64,000 nt of DNA from an uncultured Actinomycetes bacterium (GCA_963824995.1 CAWGRK010000010.1:1-64000), one strand, 5' to 3'. Shown: positions 20,358 through 33,073, numbered from the stretch's first letter. A program made the numbers and translations. Notes: a model not told the origin generated them from the sequence alone.

Positions 20358-21255
20358 TCAGCGCTCGGCTCGACCCGCCAGCATCGAGCCAGCCAGCACC
20401 AACGCCACACCTCCCAGCGCCCAGGCGGAGACCGTTTCGTCGAGGATCGTCACGCCAAGGACCAGCGACACCACCGGAATCACGTAGGCGACGAACGAAC
20501 CGCTGGGACCGCCGACCCTTCCCACCAGCGTGGCCATCAGTGCGAAGGCAATCCCGGTCCCGACCGCTCCCAGCACCCCCACCGCCACCGCCGGGCCAAT
20601 GGCGAATTCGGAGCGGAACAACCCGAAGATGCCGAACGGAGCCGTCCACAACGTGGCCAGAACCAGCATCCACCACATCACTGCGACCGACCCGTACCGG
20701 TGCTGGAGCGGGCCGGCCATGTTCCCGGCGAGCCCGTAACAGAGGGTCGCCACCAGGACCATCACTACCCCCACCGCGCTCGACCGCACCTGCGGTGCTC
20801 GATACCACACTGATCAGCGCCACCCCGACGAACCCGACGAAGAGACCGGCGCGCTGTGGACCACGCGGTGTCCGGTTGAAGGCAATCGCACCCCACATCC
20901 CGGTGAAGATCGGGATAGCGCCGTTGAGCAATCCAGTCACCGCCGAACTTATGTGGACCTCGGCCAGAGGGAAGAGTGTGAAAGGGATCCCCACCCAGAC
21001 GATTGAGAGCAGCACGAGCCTGCCACGGTCTGCTGGGTCGAGGCGGACCCGTCTCCGGGGGAGCAGAGCCAGCGTGACCGCCCCCAACGCCACACGGGCC
21101 CAGGTGATGAGACCGGGGTGGAAGGTGTCGAGGCCGATTTTGATCAACAGGAACGACGAACCCCAGATCAGGGCAACCGCGATGAACAGGCCCCAATCGA
21201 GAGTCGTGAACGGCTCTCGATCGGAGACAGTCGTTTGCTGCGATGCCACCGCCAT
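20358..21255 (-). CDS. DMT/EamA-family transporter; frameshift near 20790
   Basis: LIWGSSFLLIKIG, TGLLNGAIP, FVAYVIPVVSLVLGVTILDE. Confidence 0.9.
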
Positions 21256-21491
21256 CTGCCGACTCAAGCAGCTGCGGGCGGATTCGATGTTGCCGCCGGG
21301 CAACCAACGTCCTGCATGACTCCGTGTCCGCCCCGCCTTCAGACGGCGCCGCTCCCACCGTCGGTGGCCGGTCGACTGCAGCGGGGTGGACGATCGCCAC
21401 GCAGGCATACAGATCATGCCAGGCCAGACCGACGAATGTTCCGCTCGATCATCTCTGCCTCCATCTCGTATGACCTCAAGGTAAGGTCAGT

Positions 21492-21538
21492 ATTGGTATG
21501 GCTCAAGGGCCAATCGCGTGACTTTTCACCAGACCAAT
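21492..21538. promoter_or_regulatory. ATTGG/CCAAT repeats between the divergent DMT and MocR genes (candidate MocR sites)
   Basis: ATTGGT...GCCAAT...ACCAAT inverted plus direct arrangement. Confidence 0.5.
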
Positions 21539-21551
21539 ATGGGAGGCGACG

Positions 21552-22982
21552 GTGGAACTCCACATCAGCCTGGCCGGACGCGGCGACCTGTCGCAACGGA
21601 TCTACCGCCAGATCATCGAGGCGATAATCGAGCGTCGCCTACGGTCGGCGATCGGCTGCCCCCGAGCCGGCTGCTGGCCCAGCAGCTATCGGTGGCCCGG
21701 CACACCGTGACGGTCGCCTACGAGCGACTCACCGCTGAGGGGTTTCTCGAGGGGAGGTCGGGGCGGGCACCTTCGTCGCACCGGAGGCGGTGACGGGGCA
21801 TCGAGCCGAGAGACGCACCGAGCGGCAGCCGCGCTTCTGCCCGGACCGCGATGGCGGGGTCTCGATGCGCCAGTGCCGACCGATGTCACCGCACTCCGAG
21901 TTCGACTTCAGGGTGGGTGTTCCCGACGGGTCGTTGTTCCCCGGCGACGTCTGGCGCCGGCTCTACGCCGGGTTCTCGTTGGAGACGCACACCGGGCGAT
22001 ACGGCGACCCGGCGGGCGAGCGGCGGCTGCGCACCGCGGTGGCCCGGCATGCGGCCATGGCCCGCTCGCTCCGGGCTGCGACCGACGAGGTCGTCATCAC
22101 CCATGGCGCCCAGCAGGCGCTCGACCTGATCGGCAGGATCCTGATCGAGCCGGGAGATGTGGTCGCAGTCGAGGAGCCGGGATACCCACCGGCCAGACAG
22201 ACTCTTCGCTGCGATGGGTGCCGAGGTGATCCCGATCCCGGTGGACGGAGAGGGCATCGTCGTCCCGGCCCTGCCCAAGCGACCGAAGCTGGTCTACGTC
22301 ACTCCCTCGCACCAGTTTCCCCTGGGAACGCCGATGAGCCTGGGACGACGGCTCGACCTGCTCGACTGGGCCGACCAAAACGGCGCCGCAGTCATCGAAG
22401 ACGACTACGACACCGAATTCCGTTTCGAGGAACGCCCCCTCGACCCGCTACAGAGCCTCGACCGGACGGGCCGGGTCGTCTACATCGGGACCTTCGCCAA
22501 GACCCTGGTTCCGTCCCTCCGGCTCGGGTTCATGGTCGCTCCCCCAACGCTGATACCGGCGCTCCGAGCGGCGCGCTACCTATCCGACTCGCACGGCGAC
22601 CCGGCGATGCAGATGACTCTTGGCGCAGTTGATCGAGGATGGTCGATTCGCTCGTCATGTGCGCCGGGCAGGGGACATTTACGCCGAGCGGCACCGCATC
22701 GGTGAAGCAGGAGCTCGCCGACCGGCTTGCGCGGTGGCTCGAGGCGGTGCCCTCCGTCGCCGGAATCCATGTTTGTGCCCGGATGACCGCCCGGATGGAC
22801 CTCGACCGGGTCGCTGGCCAAGGCGGCCGAGCGCGGTGTGGCCATCGACCGCCTCGCCGACTACTGCGCAGGCGCGCCGCAACAGGGGTTGGTTGATCGG
22901 ATACGGCGCCATTCCCACCGCCCGCATCGGAGAAGGTCTGGCGGTACTTGCCGAATGCTTCGAGGAGGAAGCCGCCGCCTAG
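21552..22982 (+). CDS. MocR/GabR-family PLP-dependent GntR regulator; frameshifted
   Basis: GDRLPPSRLLAQQLSVARHTV wHTH; ITHGAQQAL, YVTPSHQFPLG, IEDDYD, GTFAK, LRLGF. Confidence 0.92.
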
Positions 22983-25888
22983 GCGTCCTCGGAAGGCGGA
23001 GCCGCTGAGCTCAGCTGCAAGCTGAATGCGCTCTCGGGCTTCGTCGATCAATCGCTGGTACTCGCCGAGGTTGCCCGCCTGGAGCTCCTCGTCCGCCTGC
23101 TCGAAGAGGTCTTCCGCCTCCTGGAGCAATCCGAGAACGGTGCTGTCCACCCCCGGCGGCTGTTCCTCACCACCCTCCTCGGGTTCGGTCGGGGTCTCCT
23201 GGCCGCCGAAGACCTCGATGAGCGCCTCTCGCAACCCGGGTCGCATCACCACTTGGTCTCCATAGACCACGACCACTCGGCGGTATTCGGGTAGGGGGTT
23301 CTGCTGATCCTGGAGGTAGATCGGCTGGAAGTAGACGACGGAGTCCTCGATCGGCGTAACCAGCATGTTCCCCCTGATCAGGGTGGAACCTTGCTGGCCC
23401 CAGAGGGTGAACTGGGCAGAGATCTCGTCGTCCTGGTCGATCCTCGCCGACACCTGGGTGGGCCCATCCACCAATTGACCCTGGGGGAACCGGAGATCGA
23501 TCAACTCCCCGTAACCCTCCGGATCGCTCCGAGCCACCAACAGCGCGGTGAGGTTCTGCCTGCCCTGTGGGGTGAAGGGTTGTTGGATGACGAACGATGC
23601 CGAGTCGTCGCCCGGGATCTCGGTGAGCAGGTAGTAGGGGAGCATCACGTCGATCCGCTCCAACCGGCCACCTCCCAGAGGCCGATCTCCCCGCAGCACC
23701 TCGGCGGTCTCGGTGTTGGTGGTCGGGTCGGACGGCATCTGCCAGGCGTCCTCGCCGATGTAGAAGGTGGGGACATCGGGCACGTGGTACCGCAGCCAGG
23801 CCCGGCTCTGCACCCTGAAGAGGTCCTCCGGGTAGCGGAAGTGGCTCCGCAGCGCCTCGGGGACCTGCTCGCCACCGGCGAAGACCTCGGGGTACACCTG
23901 GCGGTAGGCATTTATCAGCGGATCGGTCTCGTCCACGACATAGAAGGTGAGGGTCCCGTCGTAGGCGTCGACGGTGGCCTTCACCGAGTTGCGGATGTAG
24001 TTGAAGGAGTCGGGGAGCTGCCAGGCGCTCTCCCGGCGTGCCAGCGTCGAGGTGAAACCGCTGATCGCCTGTTGTGAATACGGATAGTCGGAGCTCACCG
24101 TGTAGAGGTCGATTACCCAGAGGACGCGGCCGTCTATCACCACCGGGTAGGGGTCGTGGTCGGCATAGAGGAACGGAGCGGCCTTGTGGACCATCTCCTC
24201 GACGTTGCGCACCATCAACGCTCTCGTCTCCGAGGTGAGCTGGCTGGAGATGAGAACGTTGAGATCGCGGTAGCGGATGGCGAAGGCGGCCCGGCGGAAG
24301 ACGTCGCCGATGGGGACACCAGCCTCACCGCTGTACTGGGTGCGAACCGGGGCCGAGCTCTCCTCGGTGGGGAGGGGGTAGTCGACCTCCTGGGTGCGGG
24401 TTCCCACGTAGAGCGGCCGCTCCGAGGCGTAGCTGTCGGCGAAGTAGATTCCGGGTTGGGCCACCTCGAGTTCCTCGGACTCGGCGACCGGGGGCAGGTC
24501 CTTCACCAGGAAGTCGGGTTGGCCGCCCTCGGCGACGTCGTTGGCCGGGCTGATGACCATCCCGTACCCGTGGGTGTACTCGAGCCGCTGACGCCTGCCA
24601 GCTGTCGGATGGGAGGTTCTCTTCGTCGAGGTGACGGGCGGCGACCATGAGCTGGGTGACCTGGCCGTCGAGCGTGTAGCGGTCCACGTCGACATCGGGC
24701 AGGTTGTAGTAGGCGCGCAACTCCTGGACGTTGGCGTAGGTGGAGCGGATGACTGTCGGATCCCAGAGCCTGACGTTGGAGATCGTCTCCTCGTTGGCCA
24801 CGATGTCCTCGGCGGTGAGCGTCTCGGTGGCGGGGAATTGGCGCGGGGTGACGCCGTCGAGCCCGTAGGCGAGCCGGGTGAACTCGATGTTGTGCCCGAT
24901 GTACGGGCTCTCCAGGTCGCGCTCCTGGGGGACGACGCTGGAACCGCTGCACCGCGGCCGGGATCAACGTTCCAACCACCAGCGACACCACCAGCCACCC
25001 GCCCAGCGCCACCGCTGGGAGGAGCCAGCCCCGCCGCCAGATGTTGATCACCAGGAGGACGGCCGCGGCGACCGAGATCAAAGCGAGCAGGTTGAGAGCG
25101 GGCAGCCTCGAGGTGACGTCGGTGTAGCCGGCACCAGCAGGCCGGCACCGGTGAAGCCCCGATCCGAAGTGACCAGTTCCCATGCGTCGAGCCGGTATCC
25201 GACGGCGCGGATGAGAGCGAGCACGGCGAGCAGGACCGAGATATGGACCTTCACCCCCGAACCGACATCGGGGGCGCTCCCCCGGCGCAGCCGGATGCCG
25301 CCGTTGAGGTAGTGCGCCACCAACACGAGCAGCAGCACCAACCCGGTGACGTTGAACAGCCAGGACTGGATCTCGCGCCACACCGGGAGCTGGAACACGA
25401 AGAAGGAGATGTCGCGCTGGAAGATCGGATCGGTTACACCGAAAGACACCGGGTTGAGGAAGAGCAGCACCTCATCGCGCCAGGCGGCGGCGCTCGCCCC
25501 CATGAGCAGCCCGAAGGCAAGAGAGGCGATGAGTTGGACCCGGGTGACACGGGGCTCCATCCACTCGTGGAAACGGACGACCAACTCGTCGTCCTCGGTC
25601 AGGGTGAGCAACTGGATGCGCGGCGAGAGGCGGTTGGCCACGACCAGGTTGAGCCAGAGCACGGCGAAGGCGATGACCGTGGCCACCACGACGAGAGCGA
25701 CGCTGGTGACCAGGTTGATCTCCCAGACCGAACTGCAGCGTCATCGAGCCGTACCAGAGGTAATCGGTCCACAGCGTCGCCGCGCCGGATAGGCCGAATA
25801 CCACCACCAGGGCGACGATGAGGAGGATGGTGCGGCCGGGGCGGCGTGAGATACCGGGACGGGACGGCGCCGGTTCGCGATTCAGCAT
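22979..25888 (-). CDS. UPF0182 family membrane protein; frameshifted
   Basis: WTDYLWY, DPIFQRDISFFVFQLP, YTHGYG, DPYPVV, FNYIRNSVKATVDAYDG, HFRYPEDLF. Confidence 0.92.
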
Positions 25889-25918
25889 CGGAGGGCGATT
25901 CTACGGAGCCAGGCGCGG

Positions 25919-27850
25919 CTACCCGGCGGGAACCACGGTGCAGCCGCAATCGGACGGCGATCGGGGGCAGTTCGCCGAGACCGGGCACGGCACCCATCCG
26001 CAGGGAAAGGGCCCGGCGGCGACGGCCTCGGCGCACTCGGGGCGGATCCGACCAGAGGGCACCACTCGCAACACCGATTCGGGGTTGGCTTCGAGCAGGG
26101 CCCTCCGCAAACCGCGGTGGTAGGCGGCGATGGCGTGGGTCCGCACCCGGCGCTCCACCTCGTCGGTCCTCCACTGCCGGTAGACACGGGAAATGGCACT
26201 GCTCGCCTGGCGGCCATCGCTGGAAGCGACGGCAAGCTCGGCGGCCAGATCCGACGCGAGCTGCGACGGTCGGGTCGGGAAGATCCTCCGGATGGGGTCG
26301 GGGTCGTGGTGGCCTCGATCCCGGCGAGGCTGACGGCACCGACGTGCCCGGCGCCGAACGCTTCCTGAGCAAGGACGATCAGATCGGGATGGAGCCGCGC
26401 CTCCAGATCGCTCGGTGTCGGGGAGCCAGGGGTCGTTGCTCAGCCGAAGTTGCTCCAGCGCCAGGTTCTGGGCCTCGGTGAGTTGTCGCTTGAGATCGCG
26501 CAGCACGCGGTTGGTGATGGGCAATAGCAACTGGTCGCGCAGTTCGAGGGCGGCTCGGTCCTCGGCGGCGATTTCGGCCGTGTGAGTTGTAACGGGAGAT
26601 TTGACCCTCTCGGAACTGCTTGCCGGTTCGTCCTCGGCAGCTGGATCCGGTACACGCAGGGCGGCGAACAGGGGTGCCAGATCGTCGCGGCCGGGGAGAC
26701 CAGCGATCGATTCCGATGCCTCTGCCGGGACCGGGCCCGGACCGGCCACCCCGGTCTCGGGGATTGCCTCGGGTTCTTCCTCCTCGGTCGCTGCGGGGGC
26801 AGCTTCCACCGGCGGGTGCTCTTTGGCAGCTTCCTCGGGTGGTGCCGGCTCGAGCGGTGAAACGGCCTGGGTCTCGGAAGGAGGGGTGTGCGCCGCAGGA
26901 GTGGTTTCTCCGGCGGCCGCGGTTTCCGGCGAATGGTCGGATTGACGGCGGAGACGGCGCACCTCGTCGGCCATGGTGAGGGCGTCTACCTGGCGTTGCT
27001 CCTCGGTGATGGCGCTCGGAGGCTCCTCGGCATGACTCTGCACCGGGATCAAGCGGAAACCGAGTCGTTCGCCGGCGCCGATCTCGCCGGGGATCTCGAG
27101 ATCCACCACCTCGAGCCGCTGGCGGCGTGCCGCGATCTCGTCGTCAAGGGCTTGCAGATCGGCCTCCGCCTTCTCCGCCTCCGCAGCGAGCTCGGCGCGC
27201 CGCTCCTCCAACCCCCTGACCTTCCCCTCGGCCTGTTCGATGCTGGAGCGGATCTGTTCGCCGATCTCGTCATGCCGTCGGCGCGCCTCCTCGAGCGCCT
27301 CCTCGGCGGTGGTTCTCGCTCGGCTGACGATTGCCTCCGCCTCGCTCCTGGCATTGGCGAGATGCTGGTGCGCCTCCCGCTCCGACACGGCCCGACGATC
27401 GACCGTCTCTCTTTCCAGTTCGGACCGCTGGCCCGCCATCTCGGCATCGGCATCGGCGAGCAGCTGGGTTCCGGTGTCCCATGCGGATCGGCGCATCGTC
27501 TCGGCATCTGCGGCGGCTTGCTCGATCGAGCCGGAAGCGGCCTCGGTTGCTTCTTGACGCCAGCGCGCCGCATCGGCGGCCGCCCGATCGCGCATTCCGG
27601 CGGCAGCCCGTTTGGCTGCCTCCAGGATGTCGGCTGTGTCCTTGCTGACGGCGGTCAGTTCGGCGGTCAGATCGCTCTCTCCGAGAGCGTCGAGCCTGGC
27701 CTGGAGCGAGGCACGCTCTTCGGTCAGCCTCTTCTGCTCGGCGAGCAGGTCGCTGATCGTCCGATCCACCTCCACGGTGTCATAGCCGCGCATCTTGGAG
27801 CGAAAGCGCGGGGGTGGCGGTGACGAGGAAGGCGGGGGCTCGCTCGTCAT
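25919..27850 (-). CDS. DivIVA-domain coiled-coil protein with Cys-rich C-terminal domain; probable local frameshifts
   Basis: N-terminal FRSKMRGYDTVEVD; long Ala/Glu/Arg coiled coil; Pro/Glu linker; C-terminal C-x-C motifs. Confidence 0.8.
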   Translation of the reverse strand: MTSEPPPSSSPPPPRFRSKMRGYDTVEVDRTISDLLAEQKRLTEERASLQARLDALGESDLTAELTAVSKDTADILEAAKRAAAGMRDRAAADAARWRQEATEAASGSIEQAAADAETMRRSAWDTGTQLLADADAEMAGQRSELERETVDRRAVSEREAHQHLANARSEAEAIVSRARTTAEEALEEARRRHDEIGEQIRSSIEQAEGKVRGLEERRAELAAEAEKAEADLQALDDEIAARRQRLEVVDLEIPGEIGAGERLGFRLIPVQSHAEEPPSAITEEQRQVDALTMADEVRRLRRQSDHSPETAAAGETTPAAHTPPSETQAVSPLEPAPPEEAAKEHPPVEAAPAATEEEEPEAIPETGVAGPGPVPAEASESIAGLPGRDDLAPLFAALRVPDPAAEDEPASSSERVKSPVTTHTAEIAAEDRAALELRDQLLLPITNRVLRDLKRQLTEAQNLALEQLRLSNDPWLPDTERSGGAAPSRSDRPCSGSVRRRARRCRQPRRDRGHHDPDPIRRIFPTRPSQLASDLAAELAVASSDGRQASSAISRVYRQWRTDEVERRVRTHAIAAYHRGLRRALLEANPESVLRVVPSGRIRPECAEAVAAGPFPCGWVPCPVSANCPRSPSDCGCTVVPAG

Positions 27851-27928
27851 GACACGAACTGTACCGGTCGAGCGTTGGCTAGCCGGGACAGGGCCCGCAA
27901 GTCGCGCCGAAGCATCACTCGGTGAGTG

Positions 27929-29008
27929 TCAGGCGGCAGGCTCCAGTGTGGCGAGGAAATCGAGGGCGTCCTGGAGGGTGGCGACCGAGATGATCCTCTC
28001 GTCCGGCGTGGGCGCGCTCAGGGCATCCTCGTAGTTGGCCTCGGGGACGAGGACGAAATCGGCGCCCTGACGCTCGGCAGCCACGACCTTTTGGCGGACG
28101 CCCCCGATACCTCCGACGTTCCCCTCGGAATCGATGGTGCCGGTTCCGGCGATGGCGTGCCCTTTGAGCAGGTCCTCCTCGTTGAGCAGGTCGATGATGG
28201 TGAGCGTGTACATCAAACCTGCCGAGGGTCCCCCGATGTTGGAACTGTCGATCTCCACTTCGAAGGGAAGTTCGCTGAGCCTCTCGTTCTCAGTGTCGGC
28301 GAGGATGCCGACCATGGGGCGGCCCGGGTCCTGGTTGTGCTCCACAAGGGTGACCGAGAGATCGAGAGACTCATCGCCCCGTGCGACTGTGAGTGACACC
28401 GTGTCACCGATCTCGTGGCTGGCGAGTCGGTTGACCAGGTCCGGCGCCCATTCGACCACGTCGCCGTCGATGCCGGTGATGACGTCTCCTTCTTGGAGAA
28501 CGCCGTCGGCAGGAGTGCCCTCGACGACCGACATCACCCGGGCGCCGTCTCCGGTCAACTCCACCTCGTAACCGAGGTGCCGAAGCGCCACTGCGATGGC
28601 GGTGCGCTCGGACTCATCCATTTGTTCGAGACCCTGCCGAGCGAAATCTTCGCTGCTGACTTCGGGAGGACGGATCTGCTCGGTGGGGTGGACGTCGATG
28701 GAGTCGTCGATCACCGCGGCGACGAGGTCGAACCCGTTGAGTTCGATGGTGGCGACGGTGAGCATGAAGAGGTCACCGTCGATGGGATGGACCTCCTGGT
28801 CCTCGACGCTGATCATGTCGCTCATGTCCTTGACCGGCCCGGGCTCGAAGGCGAGATAGGGAAGCGTGACGTTCCAGGCGGCGAGGACGATCCCGCCGAG
28901 CAGGAGCAGGACTCCGACCAAGATGAACGGCCAAAGGGGAACCCGCCGACGTCGCTCAACGGGTGCGGGAACGGGATCCTCCAGCGTGGAGGTCATCGGC
29001 TCACTCAT
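27929..29008 (-). CDS. PDZ-domain Lon-like (S16) protease, YlbL family
   Basis: TM, PDZ (PADGVLQEGDVI), IGGPSAGLM catalytic Ser, IGGVRQK. Confidence 0.93.
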   Translation of the reverse strand: MSEPMTSTLEDPVPAPVERRRRVPLWPFILVGVLLLLGGIVLAAWNVTLPYLAFEPGPVKDMSDMISVEDQEVHPIDGDLFMLTVATIELNGFDLVAAVIDDSIDVHPTEQIRPPEVSSEDFARQGLEQMDESERTAIAVALRHLGYEVELTGDGARVMSVVEGTPADGVLQEGDVITGIDGDVVEWAPDLVNRLASHEIGDTVSLTVARGDESLDLSVTLVEHNQDPGRPMVGILADTENERLSELPFEVEIDSSNIGGPSAGLMYTLTIIDLLNEEDLLKGHAIAGTGTIDSEGNVGGIGGVRQKVVAAERQGADFVLVPEANYEDALSAPTPDERIISVATLQDALDFLATLEPAA

Positions 29009-29114
29009 CGTCAGTGATGGTATCGGCCACCGGGTTCAAGCGGCATAAACGAAACCTTGCCATTTGCCCCAGCCCGATACGTAGCATCGAGCGCCCCGCC
29101 CTAATGGAGAGCCC

Positions 29115-29690
29115 GTGGATTCCTACGCACCCCCCGTGCTGGCGACCCGCCTGTTGCCCCGATCCCGTGTCGTGACCTTCGCCCTGATGGTCGGCTTTGC
29201 GGTGCTCACCGCGGCGGCGGCGCAGATCCGCATTCCGCTGCCCTTCACGCCCGTGCCCATCACAGGTCAGACCTTCGCCGTGCTCCTCTCGGGTGCCGCG
29301 CTCGGGATGTGGGCGGGTGCGGGGAGCCAGGTGATCTACCTGCTGCTCGGTGGGATCGGTCTGCCCTTCTTCACGGAGGCATCCGGCGGCTGGGACACCT
29401 TTCTCGGCCCCACCGCCGGCTACCTGATCGGATTCCCGTTGGCGGCGGCGCTGGTGGGGTGGATGGCGGAGCGTCGCCACGACCGGCGGGTGCTCGGCAG
29501 CGCCCTCGCTTTCTTGGCGGGGAGTGCAGTCATTTACGTGTGCGGTGTGCTCGGGTTGCTGCGACTCGGGTTGTCGTTGAGCGAGGCGATCACGCTCGGT
29601 GTCCTCCCGTTCCTCGTGGGCGACCTCATCAAGGCCCTGCTCGCCGGCGCCCTTCTGCCGGCGACATGGAAGCTGCTCGGCGAACCCTGA
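29115..29690 (+). CDS. bioY: Biotin transporter BioY
   Basis: PFTPVPITGQTFAVLLSG, GPTAGYLIGF, LPFLVGDLIK. Confidence 0.95.
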   Translation: MDSYAPPVLATRLLPRSRVVTFALMVGFAVLTAAAAQIRIPLPFTPVPITGQTFAVLLSGAALGMWAGAGSQVIYLLLGGIGLPFFTEASGGWDTFLGPTAGYLIGFPLAAALVGWMAERRHDRRVLGSALAFLAGSAVIYVCGVLGLLRLGLSLSEAITLGVLPFLVGDLIKALLAGALLPATWKLLGEP

Positions 29691-29889
29691 ACCCTTCGTT
29701 CTGTGGGCTCGAAGCGCTGCGGTGTGACGTTTCGAACCCTGGGTTGCCGGGTCGTCCCTGAACCCTTCGTTCTGTGGGCTCGAAGCGCTGCGTGTGACGT
29801 TCGAACCCTGGGTTGCCGGGTCGTCCTGAACCCTTCGTTCTGTGGGCTCGAAGCGCTGCGGTGTGACGTTTCGAACCCTGGGTTGCCGG

Positions 29890-29890
<1 letters not shown>
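29686..29890. repeat. Three tandem ~70-bp palindromic units between convergent genes
   Basis: CCTGAACCCTTCGTTCTGTGGGCTCGAAGCGCTGCGGTGTGACGTTTCGAACCCTGGGTTGCCGGGTCGT, three near-identical copies. Confidence 0.95.
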
Positions 29891-30731
<841 letters not shown>

Positions 30732-30744
<13 letters not shown>

Positions 30745-31525
30745 CGCTTGCGGCGCTTGTAGTGCTTGACATCGCGGAACGACTTGCGCTCGCCCTCGCC
30801 GCGCAGGCCCAGGTAGAACTCGCGCACGTCCTCGTCCCGCAGCAGCTTGTCGGGCTTACCGTCCATGACGAGCTTCCCGGTCTCCATCACGTAGCCGTGG
30901 TCGGCGATGGAGAGCGCCATGCTGGCGTTCTGCTCGATGAGGAGCACGGCGGTCCCCGTCTCGTTGATGTCGACGATGATGTCCCGTATCTGCTGGACCA
31001 ACCTGGGAGCCAGGCCGAGCGACGGCTCGTCGAGGATGAGCAGCTTGGGATCGGTCATCAGCGACCTGCCGATGGCCAGCATCTGCTGCTCACCCCCCGA
31101 GAGGTACCCGGCGGTGTCCTTGTGCCGCTCGGCGAGACGGGGGAACAGGTCCATCACCCGGTCGTACGATCCATCGGCTGCGGCCTTGCTTCCGTTGGTG
31201 TAGGCGCCGGTGGCCAGGTTCTCGTCGACGGACATCTCGGCGAAGATCCGGCGGCCCTCCAATGACCTGACGGATCCCCCGCTTGACGATGTCCGATGGG
31301 TCCTTGTTGGTGATGTTCTCCCCGGCGAACTTGACCGAGCCCTTGGTGATGTCGCCGTCGTGCACGTCGAGCAGACCGGTGATGGCGCGCATCGTGGTCG
31401 TCTTGCCCGCCCCGTTGGCGCCGAGCAGAGCGACGATGCTCCGCGTCGGGGACCTCGAGCGAGATCCCGCGCAGCACCAGGATCACATCGTTGTAGACGA
31501 CCTCGAGGTTGGAGACTTCAAGCAT
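30732..31525 (-). CDS. Branched-chain amino acid type ABC ATPase (LivF-like); frameshifted
   Basis: MLEVSNLEVVY, LSGGEQQMLAIGR, DEPSLGLAP, YKRRKRWLS. Confidence 0.92.
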
Positions 31526-31540
31526 CTTTGGCAGTCTTGT

Positions 31541-31603
31541 GGTAGGGTGGGTGGTGGTAGGTGGAGGTGCGTCTGTGACCCACCACCTACCACCTACCAC
31601 CTA
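31541..31603. repeat. Inverted heptamer arrays (GGTAGGT-like and CCACCTA x3)
   Basis: Read directly; the two arrays can pair. Confidence 0.8.
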
Positions 31604-31607
31604 TAAC

Positions 31608-31633
31608 GCACGGGGAGCTTCAGCTCCCCGTGC
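31608..31633 (-). terminator. Perfect hairpin after the SBP gene
   Basis: GCACGGGGAGCT-TC-AGCTCCCCGTGC. Confidence 0.65.
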
Positions 31634-31638
31634 ACTCT

Positions 31639-33073
31639 TTAGCCCTCCAGCAGGTAGCAAGCCTCGTTGAACTCGAACGAGGCCGGCTATCTCTGAGGTG
31701 TACTCCGCCTCGACGACGCTGGTCCCGGTGCCGCCCGAGGCCAGATCTTCGGGGTCGGGCCGGAAGATGTACCCGACCCGCTGCACCTGGTCGTTGGGCT
31801 CGCCGACAAAGGTCTCGTTGGGAGCGAGACCGTTGAAGTCGACGTCCTCGAGGCTCTTGGCTGCGGCGAGGACCCCGGCCCGGGTCATGTCGCCGTTCTC
31901 GTAGGCACGAAGCAGCGCCTGGTAGAGGATCTGCGCCTCGACGAATCCCTCGCCGTAGTAGTCGTTGGGCGGAGCGTCCGGCCGCAGTTCGCCGATGAGG
32001 TCCATCACCTGTTGGATGCCCTCGCTCTCGCCACCCCACGGCTCCACGTAGACACCGCCGACCCAATCGCGGGCGATGGCGTCCTTGATCGGGGAATCGG
32101 GGGCGATGAACCCAGGGTTCCAGTTGGGCCCGTTGCCGGTCCACACCGCCTCGAAGTTGCTCGCCAGGGCGGCACCGTAGATCGAGGAGAGCGTCCCCGG
32201 AGTGGTGGTCGTGAACACCACATCGGGGTCGGCGGCCACGATCTCACCGGCGATGGGGGTCACGTCGGCGCCAGGGGTCGGGTCGATCATCCCCGAGCCG
32301 TCGTAGACGATCTCGAGATCGAGCGCCTCGGCGGCGATCTTGGCTCCGGCCATCCCGTCCAACCCATAGTCACCCGGGATCGAGGCGAGGGCGACCGTTG
32401 CCGGAGGCTCCTCGGCGGCGCCGGCGACGTACCCGAGCAGGTTCATCGACTCGATGCAGTAGGGGGTCCCGTGGTGGAGCAGGTTGGCGTTGATGTTGGG
32501 GTCACTCCATCCCGAGTACCAGGTGAGAGGGACCGCCAGCATCCCGTCGCCCTCCAGGTCGGCTCGGATCGCCATGGTGTGAGGAGAGCCGGTGGAGTGC
32601 CCCAGCGCCACCACCTGGTCCTTGATCTCCTGATAGAACTGGGCGTGTTGCTCGATGTCGTACTGGGTGTCGCGTACCACCAGTTCGACGGTCAGCCCGT
32701 TGATCCCGCCGCTGCGGTTGACGTTCTCCCAGAACACCTCCTGCCCGGCGACGATCGAGGTCACCAGCGGCCCGAACGGCCCGGTCAGGTCGGAGAGGAG
32801 ACCAACCGAGATGGTGCCCGCCTCCAGGTCGACTCCGAAGTCGGTGGTGATGTCGCCGGCGGCCGAAGCGGTGGTGTCGGGGGCGGTCGTCGTGTCGGCC
32901 GCCGCCGTTGTGTCCGCAGCGACCGTGGTGTCGGCCGCGGCGGTGGTGTCGGCAGCCGCCGTCGTGTCCGCACCTCCGGCTGTGGTCTCGGTGGTGGTGC
33001 TCCCACCGCATGCGGCGACCACCAAGGCGATCACCGCCGTCATGGCCCAGATCGTCGAACGTCTCCTTCGCAT
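31639..33073 (-). CDS. ABC substrate-binding lipoprotein (LivK/Peripla_BP_6-like) with ADTTAA repeats
   Basis: Lipobox VAAC; repeated ADTT(A/V)A; GLLSDLTGPF, NRSGGING; likely true stop TAA at 31639 after a frameshift. Confidence 0.9.

Noticed and set aside
32870..32990. 18-bp tandem repeats as a DNA element
   Set aside because: They encode the in-frame ADTTAA linker of a lipoprotein, a common low-complexity tether.
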